The notes: generated by a model from the letters alone, not told the origin. Counted from the first letter of the stretch, positions 45,235-54,508 are shown. The stretch is 64,000 bases of DNA from an uncultured delta proteobacterium (GCA_963793865.1 CAWCBP010000004.1:224001-288000), one strand, 5' to 3'. A program made the numbers and translations.

Positions 45235-45263
45235 TTGACAGACAGGTGGTCCCGCTATATAAT
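45235..45263 (+). promoter_or_regulatory. perfect-consensus sigma70 promoter
   Basis: TTGACA-N17-TATAAT. Confidence 0.8.
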
Positions 45264-45326
45264 TCTTGCGGCTCAAGAGAACTTCTTCTAAAACACCAAA
45301 AACCTCAATCATAAGGAGCACAAATC

Positions 45327-45446
45327 ATGACCAAAGGCCTGGATATGAAGAAGAGCGCAAAGAAGGAATCCACAAAAACCCTGAAGGAAAAAAGAGCCGC
45401 GAAGAAACTTAAGAAGGAAGAAAAAAAGCACTTTCTGCCGTCGTAG
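45327..45446 (+). CDS. 39-aa Lys-rich small protein
   Basis: TAAGGAG RBS; MTKGLDMKKSAKKESTKTLKEKRAAKKLKKEEKKHFLPS; below the ORF-track length cutoff. Confidence 0.75.
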   Translation: MTKGLDMKKSAKKESTKTLKEKRAAKKLKKEEKKHFLPS

Positions 45447-45523
45447 CGTATAGACCCCTCTCAACGCAATAATTCCGGGCAGATCGGGTGTCGCGACTGC
45501 CTTCGAACCCGGAGGGGATTTTT

Positions 45524-46468
45524 ATGAAAAAAGCAGTAATACAAATTGTACTACCGGTGCTTTGTCTCCTGTATTGCTGTGCTGTTGCTGAAGCAGCACC
45601 CGAAGATAATGGCCCGTATACCTGTACGCAATACACCCAGAGCATTACAGCGCGAGACGGAGGATCTATTTCGGCCTATGTTTTTGTCACCAGCGCCGAC
45701 GGCCCGCGCCCGCTAATCGTTTTCAGACATGGATTTGCCCGCAGCAAAGATGTTATGCAGGATTATGGCAACCATTGGGGCACGCGAGGTTTTATGGTTA
45801 TTTTAAATAATTCGCGTACCGGCATATCACCTGATTACATGGGCAAGGACTCTGATGACATGATTGATTGCGCAAACTGGGCGGTGCAGCACAGCGGTCA
45901 AGCGGATCATTACATCAGCGGCAAAATAAATCAGACCAAAGTTGTTTTTGGCGGCCATTCAGCAGGCGGCTATACCGCGGAGATTGCAACCTATAAGAAT
46001 CTTGTCCTCGGTGAAGGCGATTTTGACTGCGGGGCAATGGTCCTTTATGATCCGGTGACAACAGATGACGAGTGCGCGGAAATGATGGCACAAAGTATTT
46101 TCATACCATCTGTTATGTTATACGGGGTTCGTGATATTTGTAACAAATTTCGTGCGGGAACGGGCATCTTTGAGAATACGGCCGGGCCTTCATACGGCAT
46201 ATACGTAAAAGCAGCTGATCACTGTGATTTTGAATCCCGCTATACCGTATCCTGCGCCATCGCCTGCCTGAGGTGGCCTTTCGGCCGCTGGGACTCAAAG
46301 AGAAACAGACTGGTTAAACGGTATGGCACCGCCATGATTGAGGCATATATTAATTGTGACCCCGCAGCCTATCCTTATGTTAACGGCCCTGCTGCCCAGA
46401 GCGATACCGGCATACAGATCTATCCGGAAAGCCGCGGGCTCAGCTTGCCGCCTGACGGATGCCCATGA
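45524..46468 (+). CDS. secreted alpha/beta hydrolase (chlorophyllase/cutinase-like)
   Basis: Signal peptide; FRHGF, GGHSAGG nucleophile elbow, ADHCDFE. Confidence 0.8.
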   Translation: MKKAVIQIVLPVLCLLYCCAVAEAAPEDNGPYTCTQYTQSITARDGGSISAYVFVTSADGPRPLIVFRHGFARSKDVMQDYGNHWGTRGFMVILNNSRTGISPDYMGKDSDDMIDCANWAVQHSGQADHYISGKINQTKVVFGGHSAGGYTAEIATYKNLVLGEGDFDCGAMVLYDPVTTDDECAEMMAQSIFIPSVMLYGVRDICNKFRAGTGIFENTAGPSYGIYVKAADHCDFESRYTVSCAIACLRWPFGRWDSKRNRLVKRYGTAMIEAYINCDPAAYPYVNGPAAQSDTGIQIYPESRGLSLPPDGCP

Positions 46469-46542
46469 ATAATAGGTTGCTCTAGAACCAGCGTCCCCAT
46501 TTACCGTGTTGTGCAAACAAAAATTAGAAGGAGGAGACTGTC

Positions 46543-46746
46543 ATGTCCGAGACGAAATGCTGCGGTGATCACTCGATGCACATTTGTGAACTGGCGAAGC
46601 AAAAGCAGTTCAACCGGATCAAAAAAGTCACCGGCTCACCGGCCAGCATTTGCGTCAACTGCGGAAGGGTCGCAAATGAAAAAGAAAATCTCTGCAATCC
46701 CGTTTCCTTTGCCGAGATTTTAAAGGACGGCGTCTACTACTATTGA
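46543..46746 (+). CDS. small Cys/His-rich protein
   Basis: AGGAG RBS; CCGDHSMHIC, CVNCGR, LCNP. Confidence 0.7.
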   Translation: MSETKCCGDHSMHICELAKQKQFNRIKKVTGSPASICVNCGRVANEKENLCNPVSFAEILKDGVYYY

Positions 46747-46761
46747 TGCACGGGCTGCCTA

Positions 46762-46926
46762 CCTTACGCCACCGATCGCTTCGGGCGTCTCAATCTCACC
46801 AAGGGAGGACTCGCGCGGCGTGATGACCTTGTGTTTGACTACTGCCTTGAAGAGCGGATTCCCATCGCCGTTACCATGGCAGGGGGTTATGCGCAGAATG
46901 TGGAGGACACGGTCGACATTCAGCAT
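46762..46926 (+). pseudogene. histone deacetylase-family C-terminal remnant
   Basis: PYATDRFGRLNLTKGGLARRDDLVFDYC...IPIAVTMAGGYA...EDTVDI, with no N-terminal part. Confidence 0.7.
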
Positions 46927-46931
46927 CGTGG

Positions 46932-47498
46932 CTATTCCTTCTTGCCGGTTACCGGAATGTGCACCTCGGACCGCTTTAAAAACCAGGGCATGAAGGGTGC
47001 ATCCCAAAAAACGCCATAGGCCTCACCTTCGGGCACATACTCTTTATTGGCATTAAGCCAGCCTTCCAGCTTCGCGCGCGCCTGGTTAAAATTAGCTTCG
47101 CTGTAAGCCCCCCTGATTCCGATACTCAGAACCGACCTGGCGGGAACGGTTTCCACGCGCACATTTGTCCCGTCAGACAGCGCCTTCTTCCGGTCTTTGC
47201 TCCCCAGGTAAAACTTCATTGAAGAACGGTCTACCGTTGCTTCAACGGGTACGGTCATTGAGACCTTGTTGTCCTGGATGTAGTTAAAGAGTCTTCTGAA
47301 GAGCAGATTTCTCTCATTATAGTAGTTCCCCTTCGCCTCACTGATGAGCACGCCGGATTCCGGAATGGTCTTGATTTCTATTTTCCCTGCCGGGGTTCTT
47401 TTAAATGCCGACTCCACAAAGAAAATATTTCTGCTCACGAGTATGACGCCCAGCACAATGATAATGAGCACTACTATGATCACAAGTTTCATTGCCAT
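46932..47498 (-). CDS. SOUL-family heme-binding protein
   Basis: FRRLFNYI, SMTVPV, WDAPFMPWFLKRSEV. Confidence 0.8.
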   Translation of the reverse strand: MAMKLVIIVVLIIIVLGVILVSRNIFFVESAFKRTPAGKIEIKTIPESGVLISEAKGNYYNERNLLFRRLFNYIQDNKVSMTVPVEATVDRSSMKFYLGSKDRKKALSDGTNVRVETVPARSVLSIGIRGAYSEANFNQARAKLEGWLNANKEYVPEGEAYGVFWDAPFMPWFLKRSEVHIPVTGKKE

Positions 47499-47660
47499 GC
47501 CTCCCCAGAATAATCATTTTTCTTTCAGTATACCATACGGGCATTAATTCTTATACCTGTAAATTCCGGCTTTGCAGGGCATGTAAAATAAGGTTTTTCG
47601 AAGCATAAAATCAGGGTTTCCCTGATTGCGCATTTCCCGTTTTGTGTATAGAAATAGTAA

Positions 47661-47820
47661 ATACAATGCGATAAAGCCAAACCCCGAGTGATCGGGGGAC
47701 GGAAAGCCACAGTTCTATTGCGGACGCCGAATCGAAGCTAGGGCTTGCTTCCGTAATTGGTTACATAGAAGGCTGGACTGCCGAATGTATGCATAAAAAA
47801 TACAACGGCAGTTTTCTATT
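47661..47820 (+). promoter_or_regulatory. c-di-GMP-I riboswitch with overlapping terminator
   Basis: Core nearly identical to the 38307 copy; ACTGCCGAATGTAT / ATACAACGGCAGT followed by TTTCTATTT. Confidence 0.85.
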
Positions 47821-47883
47821 TATTTAAAAAGGGCAATTAATGAGTTTTAACCTTTCTTATTCCGAGCCTAAGGGGGAAGAAAA

Positions 47884-49501
47884 ATGAAAACGCGACATGT
47901 TTTAACAATTGGATTTATCTATATAGCAACCGTTTTGATGACTACTCCTGCCCTGGCTGTGCCTTATTTTATCGAATACCAGGGTAAATTAATCGATAAA
48001 ATTACCTCCGAGCCGGTTACAGCGACTAATTTACCCTTCAGTTTCAGGATTTATGACGCGGAGACCGAGGGGACAATTATTTGGGGGGAGACGCAGACAG
48101 TAAACATCAGCGGCGGGATTTACAACGTATTGCTGGGTTCGGGAACACCCACGTATTATGGACCCCTGGACAAAGTGGTTTTTTCCGGTGATGACCTCTG
48201 GCTGGAGGTGGAAGTGGATGGTGAAATTCTGGTACCGAGAACGAGAATTGTCAGCGTGCCTTTCGCCGTGCGGGCAGGTGTCGCGGACAGCATGGCAAAC
48301 GGGGCAATCACCACGAACATGCTGTCAAATGACGCAATAACCTCAGCAAAGATCCAGGATGGGGCAATAAGTTCATCAGATATTCAGTCCGGTGCAGTAT
48401 CATCGGCAAATATTGCCACCGGTGCAGTGGGTTCCTCCCAGGTCCAGGATGGTAGCATCACCGCGGCTGATTTATATGGTACCGCCTGCAGCGATATTTG
48501 TGTCGAGGCGAATACGGCAGATTGTCACATCCTGTGACAGCAGGTTTGTCAATCAATCCGGAGACACCATGCAAAATACCACTGCTGTAAATCTTTTGAA
48601 TATCATCCAGGATGGTACCGGCAATGCCATCTATGCAGATTCGGATGGCGGCTTTGCCGTCCGAGGTGAATCTCATGCCGATGGTTATGCGGGTGTCGCC
48701 GGATATAATTATGCCGGTACCGGTGCCGGCATATTCGGCCAGGGAACAGACAAAGGCATCCACGGGTACAGCTTATGGATGGGCGGATATTCTGGGCATG
48801 AGGTATTTCGATAGGGATAGAAAGCTAGACGAAATTATATTTCCAGCTCAGATTCATTTTTCGGCATGCTCAAGGTGGAAAATTCGAATACCGGCGACAA
48901 TGAAGCAACCATGGCGTTTATAGAGGGAAGCGATGCAATCGGTGGTGAGTACTGGATTGCGGGAGTTGGGGCATGGGGCCAAACCAACAACTTCGTTATA
49001 GGCCGGTCAGAACCAAAGCTCATCATCACACCAGCGGGACACGCCGTGGTTCCGGTCCTTGAAATTACCGGTGGATCTGACCTGTCTGAGCGGTTTGAAG
49101 TGCGAGGGATACAGAATAAGACATTGCCATCTCCCGGAATGGTGGTGAGCATTGATGCTGAACGTCCCGGAGATTTGATAGTGAGCAACAAGGCCTACGA
49201 CCGAAGGGTTGCCGGCATTATCAGCGGTGCCAATGGTGTGAAACCGGGCATGTTAATGGGACAAAAAGGCTCTGAGGCTGACGGGTCCAACCCGGTAGCC
49301 CTTACCGGACGGGTGTACTGCTGGGCTGATGCCTCACGGGGCGTGATCGAACCCGGTGACCTGCTCACCACCTCTGATACCCCGGGGCACGCCATGAAAG
49401 TCGCGGATTATCCCGAGGCCCAGGGAGCAATCCTGGGTAAGGCCATGTCATCTCTCGAATCAGGAAAGGGGCTGGTGCTGGTACTTGTGAGCTTACAATA
49501 A
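47884..49501 (+). CDS. secreted tail-fibre-like protein with GAIT(S/T)xKI repeats and C-terminal intramolecular-chaperone-like domain; frameshifts near 48490 and 48800
   Basis: YQGKL...WGETQ...LWLEVEV...PR...SVPFA; GGSDLSERF, PVALTGRVYC, PGDLLTTS, ILGKAM. Confidence 0.7.
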
Positions 49502-49548
49502 CACGGTAATCGAAACTGCAAAGAGAATCCTTTTTATGAGGTGATCTC

Positions 49549-51138
49549 ATGCAACGTCAAGGTATTCTTGCCGCCGGCATCATTATGGTCGTCACGTTGA
49601 TGGTTCCACCGCTACCCGGCGCACATGGTCAGCTGTGGCGTGAATTTTCCCACCCTGGAAATCCCCATGCAAGTCTGACCATTCCTCAGCTCTCTCAAGC
49701 GACCACAGACGTCATTGTCAATAGGCCCGTTTTGGTTGTGCTCATGGAATTCAGCGACACCACCGCGCAGGCGGTCCACAATGCTGCTTTCTGGCGGGAC
49801 CTGGTCTTCGGCCCTTCTCCCGTCACCGGGCCCAATGTTGCACAGACGTTTGGAGATAGTTCCAATGGTCGCTATGCGCTAGTACCGGCGACAGCGGGGG
49901 ACGTGTTCGACGGCAATGCTGACGGGGTTGTGGGATGGGTAAAATCATCGCAGAGCTTCTTCACGTTGACCGACCCTTCACAAAAGCGTGCTGAGGCCAT
50001 TCGGGTTGCCGATCCATTGTTCAATTACCATGTGTATGATAGCAACAATGACGGGCTGATCACCGCTGACGAACTGATAGTCTTTCCGGTCTTCGGAGAT
50101 CAGAGTGGAAACAATTGCTGCGATGATCATCCCGGTCACCCCGATCTTCCCGGCTGCATCGGTTGCGCCGGGGGTAACGCCAGGACCACCGATCCACCGC
50201 AGGTGGTCGTCGAAGCCGGAACACCGCAGGAAAAAAGAGTCCAGCAACTTGTCGCGGCCGTGGGTGAAATGGCCCACGTCGGAACCGCTGCTCATGAGAT
50301 GGCGCACTCTGCTGCCGGCCATGGTGATTTGTATCCCATATCGGGCTGCGCAACCATCAGTGATGGTTACATGTGCAACGGCGTATGGTATCCGCCTGGG
50401 CCGGGACATTACAGCCTGATGGATGATTACTTCAACCTTTACGTCACACACATTGAGCCGTGGGGGAAGATCCACCTGGGCTTCGTCAAGCCCCTCATCG
50501 TTACTCACGATGGGACTTATACACTCTATGATACCGAAACCGACCGCCAGTTTTCAGCACAGGACACCCAGCCGGAGGCCCTCATTATCCACGATCCGTT
50601 GCATGATAATCCGTACCGGGAGTATTTCATCCTGGAAAACCGGAACCTCGCGGGTCTTCCGGACCGGGGCCTGGCAGTCTGGCTGATCGATGAACAGTCG
50701 TCCACCTGGCCGGGCGGATTGGATTGGCGTATTGTAGTTCGCCTTATCCGGCAAGGGGGTTATTTCCAGGATGCTACAGCATTATGGGATGGTGTCGATG
50801 ATACCCAGGGGTACGATCTTACTGCCACCTCGACTCCCAGGAATACCAGCTGGGCTGATGGCTCTCCAAGCTACATAGAGATTTACGATATCTCCCCGGC
50901 AGGACCGGTCATGACTTTTAAAGTGCGCATGCCCCCGATCTTTATAGACCAGGCAAATGCCGGTTACGAAAATGGTTCGCGGGATAATCCATTTCACGCC
51001 ATTAATGCAGCCCTGGATGCCATTTCCGAACCCCCTCGAACCATAAAAATTGCCGGCGGATCTTATCCTGGAATAACTGTAAACACGCCATGCACCCTGA
51101 TGGGCTGGCGAAATGGAAATGCGGTGATCGGCCAGTAG
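49549..51138 (+). CDS. secreted M6-like (immune inhibitor A type) zinc metalloprotease
   Basis: VLVVLMEFSD, AHEMAH...DLY, YSLM, WGKIHLGF, EYFILENR, GLAVWLIDE. Confidence 0.8.
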   Translation: MQRQGILAAGIIMVVTLMVPPLPGAHGQLWREFSHPGNPHASLTIPQLSQATTDVIVNRPVLVVLMEFSDTTAQAVHNAAFWRDLVFGPSPVTGPNVAQTFGDSSNGRYALVPATAGDVFDGNADGVVGWVKSSQSFFTLTDPSQKRAEAIRVADPLFNYHVYDSNNDGLITADELIVFPVFGDQSGNNCCDDHPGHPDLPGCIGCAGGNARTTDPPQVVVEAGTPQEKRVQQLVAAVGEMAHVGTAAHEMAHSAAGHGDLYPISGCATISDGYMCNGVWYPPGPGHYSLMDDYFNLYVTHIEPWGKIHLGFVKPLIVTHDGTYTLYDTETDRQFSAQDTQPEALIIHDPLHDNPYREYFILENRNLAGLPDRGLAVWLIDEQSSTWPGGLDWRIVVRLIRQGGYFQDATALWDGVDDTQGYDLTATSTPRNTSWADGSPSYIEIYDISPAGPVMTFKVRMPPIFIDQANAGYENGSRDNPFHAINAALDAISEPPRTIKIAGGSYPGITVNTPCTLMGWRNGNAVIGQ

Positions 51139-51233
51139 GTTCATTGTGACTGACGCACTCCTGGCAGAGCGGGCGAGGAACGATACATAAGAAACTGATT
51201 TTATGAAACGCTAATTAATAGCAGGAGACAGTC

Positions 51234-51857
51234 ATGCACAGGAAGACACATTGTATATATTTCATTATGGCTGTCATCATAACTTCTCCCCTGCCAACCC
51301 TTGCCGGAATGGTCAGCAATAGCTATTACATCCCTGCATCTATTTTTTCAGGTGGTGGTGGTTCTGTTACTTCAGACATGTATCAGGCCGATTCATCTTT
51401 GGGACAGCCCCTAACCTGCATGACACAGGAGTCGGAAAATTACGCCCTGTCTTCCGGATTCTGGCATACAATCGAGGTGGAGCCGGTGCTCGACTATGAT
51501 AATGACGGCATACCTAACAGTGAAGACAACTGCCCTGATGCTTACAATCAGGAACAGGAGGACTCCTTCCCCCCGCAAGGCAATGGCATGGGTGACGCGT
51601 GCGAGTGTGAAGGCAATTTCAATTGCTCCGCGGATCAGGACGTTGATGGTACGGATGCTTTTACCTTTAAGGCAGACTTTGGGAGGAGCATTATCCTGCA
51701 TCCATGCAATGGAGGGGATCCCTGCAGCGGAGACTTTGCCTGTGATAGTGACGTTGACGGCACAGATGCGTTTCTTTTCAAGACTGATTTCGGAAGAAGC
51801 ACCATTTTGAACCCATGCCCCTGGTGTGAAGCCGGGGTGGAGTGGTGTAATTATTAG
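51234..51857 (+). CDS. small secreted protein: SGGGG...SLGQP...SGFW domain, TSP3-like repeat, tandem dockerin-like C-terminus
   Basis: DNDGIPNSEDNC; two GxFxCxxDxDVDGTDAFxFKxDFGRS; ends PCPWCEAGVEWCNY. Confidence 0.8.
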   Translation: MHRKTHCIYFIMAVIITSPLPTLAGMVSNSYYIPASIFSGGGGSVTSDMYQADSSLGQPLTCMTQESENYALSSGFWHTIEVEPVLDYDNDGIPNSEDNCPDAYNQEQEDSFPPQGNGMGDACECEGNFNCSADQDVDGTDAFTFKADFGRSIILHPCNGGDPCSGDFACDSDVDGTDAFLFKTDFGRSTILNPCPWCEAGVEWCNY

Positions 51858-51920
51858 GCAGAAATAAAATAGTCGTTATCAGTTTTCACCTAATCACCTT
51901 TTTGTATTTTCTGGCTTTAT

Positions 51921-52090
51921 ATAATTCAACAAAGCCAAACCCCGGGCAATCGAGGGACTGAAAGCTGACAGTGCTGTTGCGGATTTCCAGGTTATCGATA
52001 TTTTGCTGAGGTTACGCCATGGGGTGTTCCGTCAAACTATGCCACTGTGCTCCTGACAGTGTGCTTATTCTGCCAGGAGCTTCTTGAATA
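51921..52090 (+). promoter_or_regulatory. degenerate c-di-GMP-I riboswitch-like leader
   Basis: AAAGCCAAACCCCGG-GCAA-TCGAGGGACTGAAAGCTGACAG; 3' strand poorly conserved. Confidence 0.5.
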
Positions 52091-52132
52091 CTGACATGCA
52101 TTCATTAATTATCAATCTATAGGAGGTGTAAA

Positions 52133-54508
52133 ATGAAAACCAAGGTCCTGATCCTGATTTTGATTATTGCATCTGCGGTATTGTGTAACACGCCCGTATG
52201 GGGATGGAACCTTATTCTTCCTACCGGTGGCAGGGTTGCGGTTGAGCTGGTTACCTCGTACGCGGACTATCACAATACACTTTCTTTGGTCAGTCCCGGC
52301 GCAGCCATAGTTTTATCAGGCTGCGAAGTTGAAGCCATCAATGCTCTGCCGCTGGAGCTCCTCAGCGAGAAAACCTCACAACATGGGTGCAGAGTTGAGC
52401 TTGATGCCGATCCCGCTACCGCAGGCGTTCAGCCCTTTGCTGCCAACGATACGCTCGAATTTAACTTGTGTGCTCAGTCGGACGCTAATCCTGCTACGTG
52501 TGAGAACTACTGGTCAAGCGATCCTGACAGTAATTCCGATCACCAAGACCATGTGAAAACGACCGAACTGTATCCCGGTGATCCAAACGTTGGCGGACGG
52601 GTATTCATGCTTGCATGGGAAGATTATAACAATCTCGGAGACCAGGATTTCAATGATCTTATAGCCATTGTAAGAGTAGTGCAGGATACTGATGAGGACG
52701 GGCTTTGGGATGACTGGGAATCTAAAGGGATAGATACCAATGGAGATGGAAGTCCCGATTATACGCTTCCTGATGGGCCCGATCCCAGGCATAAGGATAT
52801 TTATCTTGAAATCGACTTCATGGACTGCAGTGTTGCCGGTAGCGACTGTGTAGCAGGGGATACCCATAGTCACAGACCCAAGGCGGCTGCGATCACTGAA
52901 GCCAGGCAGGCCTTTGCTAATGCCGATGTGACAAATCCCGACGGGATTAACGGTATTACGCTTCACGCGGACATAGATGATGCCATTGCCCATGACAACG
53001 AACTGAATCTGGGATGTTTTGGCGGTGCTCTGAACTTCGATACCATTAAAAACGATCCAAACTTTTTTGGGCCGAACAACCCCCGCCGCTTTACCCACCA
53101 TTACGTAATATTTGGACATCGACAGACATCTAACGGCACAAGTTCAGGGTGCGGGGAAGTGCACGGGAATGATTTTCTGGTCACGCTGGGGGAGTGGAAT
53201 ACGACATGCGTCTCCGAGGGGCCTAATGACGTATCAAATACGACCCCGGCCGGGGATGATCTCATCATGAATAATACAATTATTGTCAGCGGGCCCGACC
53301 TTACCTGCAATACAACTGCTGCAGGGGATGATGTGCAGGAGGTGGCCAACGGGAGCGCCCCTCCCAACGACGTGGATGGGGATGGTCTGGAAGACAGAAC
53401 AGTCGGAACCGTTCGTCAACAGTCAGGAACCCTGATGCATGAGCTGGGTCATAACCTGATACTGGAACACGGAGGCGATGTTAAAACCAATTACAAGCCA
53501 AATTACCTGAGTAACATGAATTATTGGTTTCAATTTGGTATACCACCAAATGACCGGCTCGATTATTCTTCAGATGACCTGCCCGATTTAGTCGAAAACA
53601 ACAACCTGAACGAGCCTCTTGGGATACAAGACGGGACAGATGATACTCGTTATGTTTGTCTGGGTTGTACCACCGTTCGTACCGGTGTAGGTACAGGTTC
53701 AATAAATTGGAATTGTGACGCTAATGCAGGAACAGACACAGCGGCCAACGAAGACATTAATTGTGATGGTGCATTGAATACGTTGACCGGCTATGATGAC
53801 TGGGAACATCTGAAGTATGACTTCCAGACCTCATCGCAGAATTTCCAGGACGGGGTGCATGACAATCTTGATGTCCCTGACATGAGCTTCTCGACCTACA
53901 TGATGGTTATAAATCACCCGCCGGTTGCAGTGGCCGGTTCCGACCAGACAATCGATTGTACCTGTTCAGCCGGGGCCGCTGTTACGCTCGATGCCTCAGG
54001 TTCCTACGACGTCGACAATGACCCGTTGACCTATACCTGGGAAGGGGTTTTTGGGACACTTACCGGTGCAGTGGTGCAGCCGGCACTTCCTCCCGGATTA
54101 CACACCGTCATCTTGACCGTCGAGGATAACAAGGGCGGCTCCGCCAGCGAGTCCATTGTTGTCACTGTCAATGAGGATACAGCACCTCCGGTCATTTCGT
54201 GCAACGCACCCGCTACCATAACCCCGCCAACTGCTCCTTTATCGTTTACTGCCACAGTTACGGACGCGTGCGATGACGATCCTCTGTTTGAAATCAAGGA
54301 ATACGACTGCTATTTCCATACCAGGAAAGGAAGACGGATAGATAAGACGGCATCCTGCATGGTAGAGATAAGCGGAGATACGATAACCATTCTGGACACC
54401 GGTGGTATAGCTGACCACATCAGCTGGAAAATTCCTGCTGCTGACAAGTGTGGAAACACAACCGAGTTAGAGTGCACGGTAGCAGTAACCAATCCGGCTA
54501 TCCCATAA
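52133..54508 (+). CDS. secreted modular zinc metalloprotease-like protein with Ca-binding and PKD-like domains
   Basis: Signal peptide; WEDY...GDQDFND; DTDEDGLWDDWE; MHELGHNLILEH; NHPPVAVAG...LDASGSYDVD. Confidence 0.8.
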   Translation: MKTKVLILILIIASAVLCNTPVWGWNLILPTGGRVAVELVTSYADYHNTLSLVSPGAAIVLSGCEVEAINALPLELLSEKTSQHGCRVELDADPATAGVQPFAANDTLEFNLCAQSDANPATCENYWSSDPDSNSDHQDHVKTTELYPGDPNVGGRVFMLAWEDYNNLGDQDFNDLIAIVRVVQDTDEDGLWDDWESKGIDTNGDGSPDYTLPDGPDPRHKDIYLEIDFMDCSVAGSDCVAGDTHSHRPKAAAITEARQAFANADVTNPDGINGITLHADIDDAIAHDNELNLGCFGGALNFDTIKNDPNFFGPNNPRRFTHHYVIFGHRQTSNGTSSGCGEVHGNDFLVTLGEWNTTCVSEGPNDVSNTTPAGDDLIMNNTIIVSGPDLTCNTTAAGDDVQEVANGSAPPNDVDGDGLEDRTVGTVRQQSGTLMHELGHNLILEHGGDVKTNYKPNYLSNMNYWFQFGIPPNDRLDYSSDDLPDLVENNNLNEPLGIQDGTDDTRYVCLGCTTVRTGVGTGSINWNCDANAGTDTAANEDINCDGALNTLTGYDDWEHLKYDFQTSSQNFQDGVHDNLDVPDMSFSTYMMVINHPPVAVAGSDQTIDCTCSAGAAVTLDASGSYDVDNDPLTYTWEGVFGTLTGAVVQPALPPGLHTVILTVEDNKGGSASESIVVTVNEDTAPPVISCNAPATITPPTAPLSFTATVTDACDDDPLFEIKEYDCYFHTRKGRRIDKTASCMVEISGDTITILDTGGIADHISWKIPAADKCGNTTELECTVAVTNPAIP

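Noticed and set aside
47884..49501. Prophage, suggested by tail-fibre-like domains
   Set aside because: The protein has a Sec signal peptide, and no integrase, capsid, terminase or tail genes are nearby
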